Below, one piece after another: positions 63,989 to 64,000 of a DNA stretch of 64,000 nucleotides. The stretch lies in contig CP089275.1 in NCBI GenBank assembly GCA_023920165.1, positions 3,100,001 through 3,164,000 on the forward strand, given 5' to 3'. The notes under the pieces are model-generated. The model saw only the letters and a list, made by a program, of their open reading frames with translations, did not search any database and was not told the origin of the DNA. Position 1 is the stretch's first letter; each line of letters opens with the position of its first letter. The position numbers and the translations under genes were made by a program. The DNA is from Curvularia clavata. Its lineage: Eukaryota.

Positions 63989-64000
63989 AGCCCCCTCGGT

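Noticed and set aside
1..64000. tRNA genes, TPP riboswitch, CRISPR array, TGA-CTA readthrough signals
   Set aside because: A manual scan found no cloverleaf with T-loop in intergenic DNA, no TPP aptamer core, no repeat-spacer array and no TGACTA at the gene ends checked. tRNAscan-SE and Infernal would be needed to exclude them formally.

Overview
This is eukaryotic genomic DNA from a filamentous ascomycete (Pezizomycotina, probably a Dothideomycete; inferred from short GT-AG introns with CTRAC branch points and from the protein sequences). I reconstruct 23 protein-coding genes, most spliced by hand from the splice signals. Conserved housekeeping genes are a TatD/Scn1-like hydrolase, an SRF1-like membrane protein, a Mit_KHE1-like protein, cullin-1, a cPLA2-like phospholipase, Exo70, septin Cdc3/AspB, Pom33/TMEM33, glycogen phosphorylase, a Yip1-family protein and elongation factor 3. 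Enzymes are an SDR, a cupin, a SAM methyltransferase, a secreted GH32 fructofuranosidase and a dual-specificity phosphatase-like protein. Apparently lineage-specific or poorly characterised genes are an F-box protein with a 7-aa tandem repeat, a zinc-knuckle protein, a SLIP-GC/NUGGC-like dynamin-superfamily GTPase, a cyclin-like protein and three orphans. I found no tRNA, rRNA, CRISPR array, intact transposon or secondary-metabolite backbone gene, and I could not demonstrate a new multi-gene system. The best leads are the dynamin-like GTPase, the F-box gene whose splice donors look like copies of its coding repeat, two tandem orphans sharing a GKGKGRAT motif, a phosphatase P-loop with Arg replaced by Lys, a structured 5'-UTR intron, and a possible spliced non-coding transcript. 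Family names come from motif recognition, not database searches.
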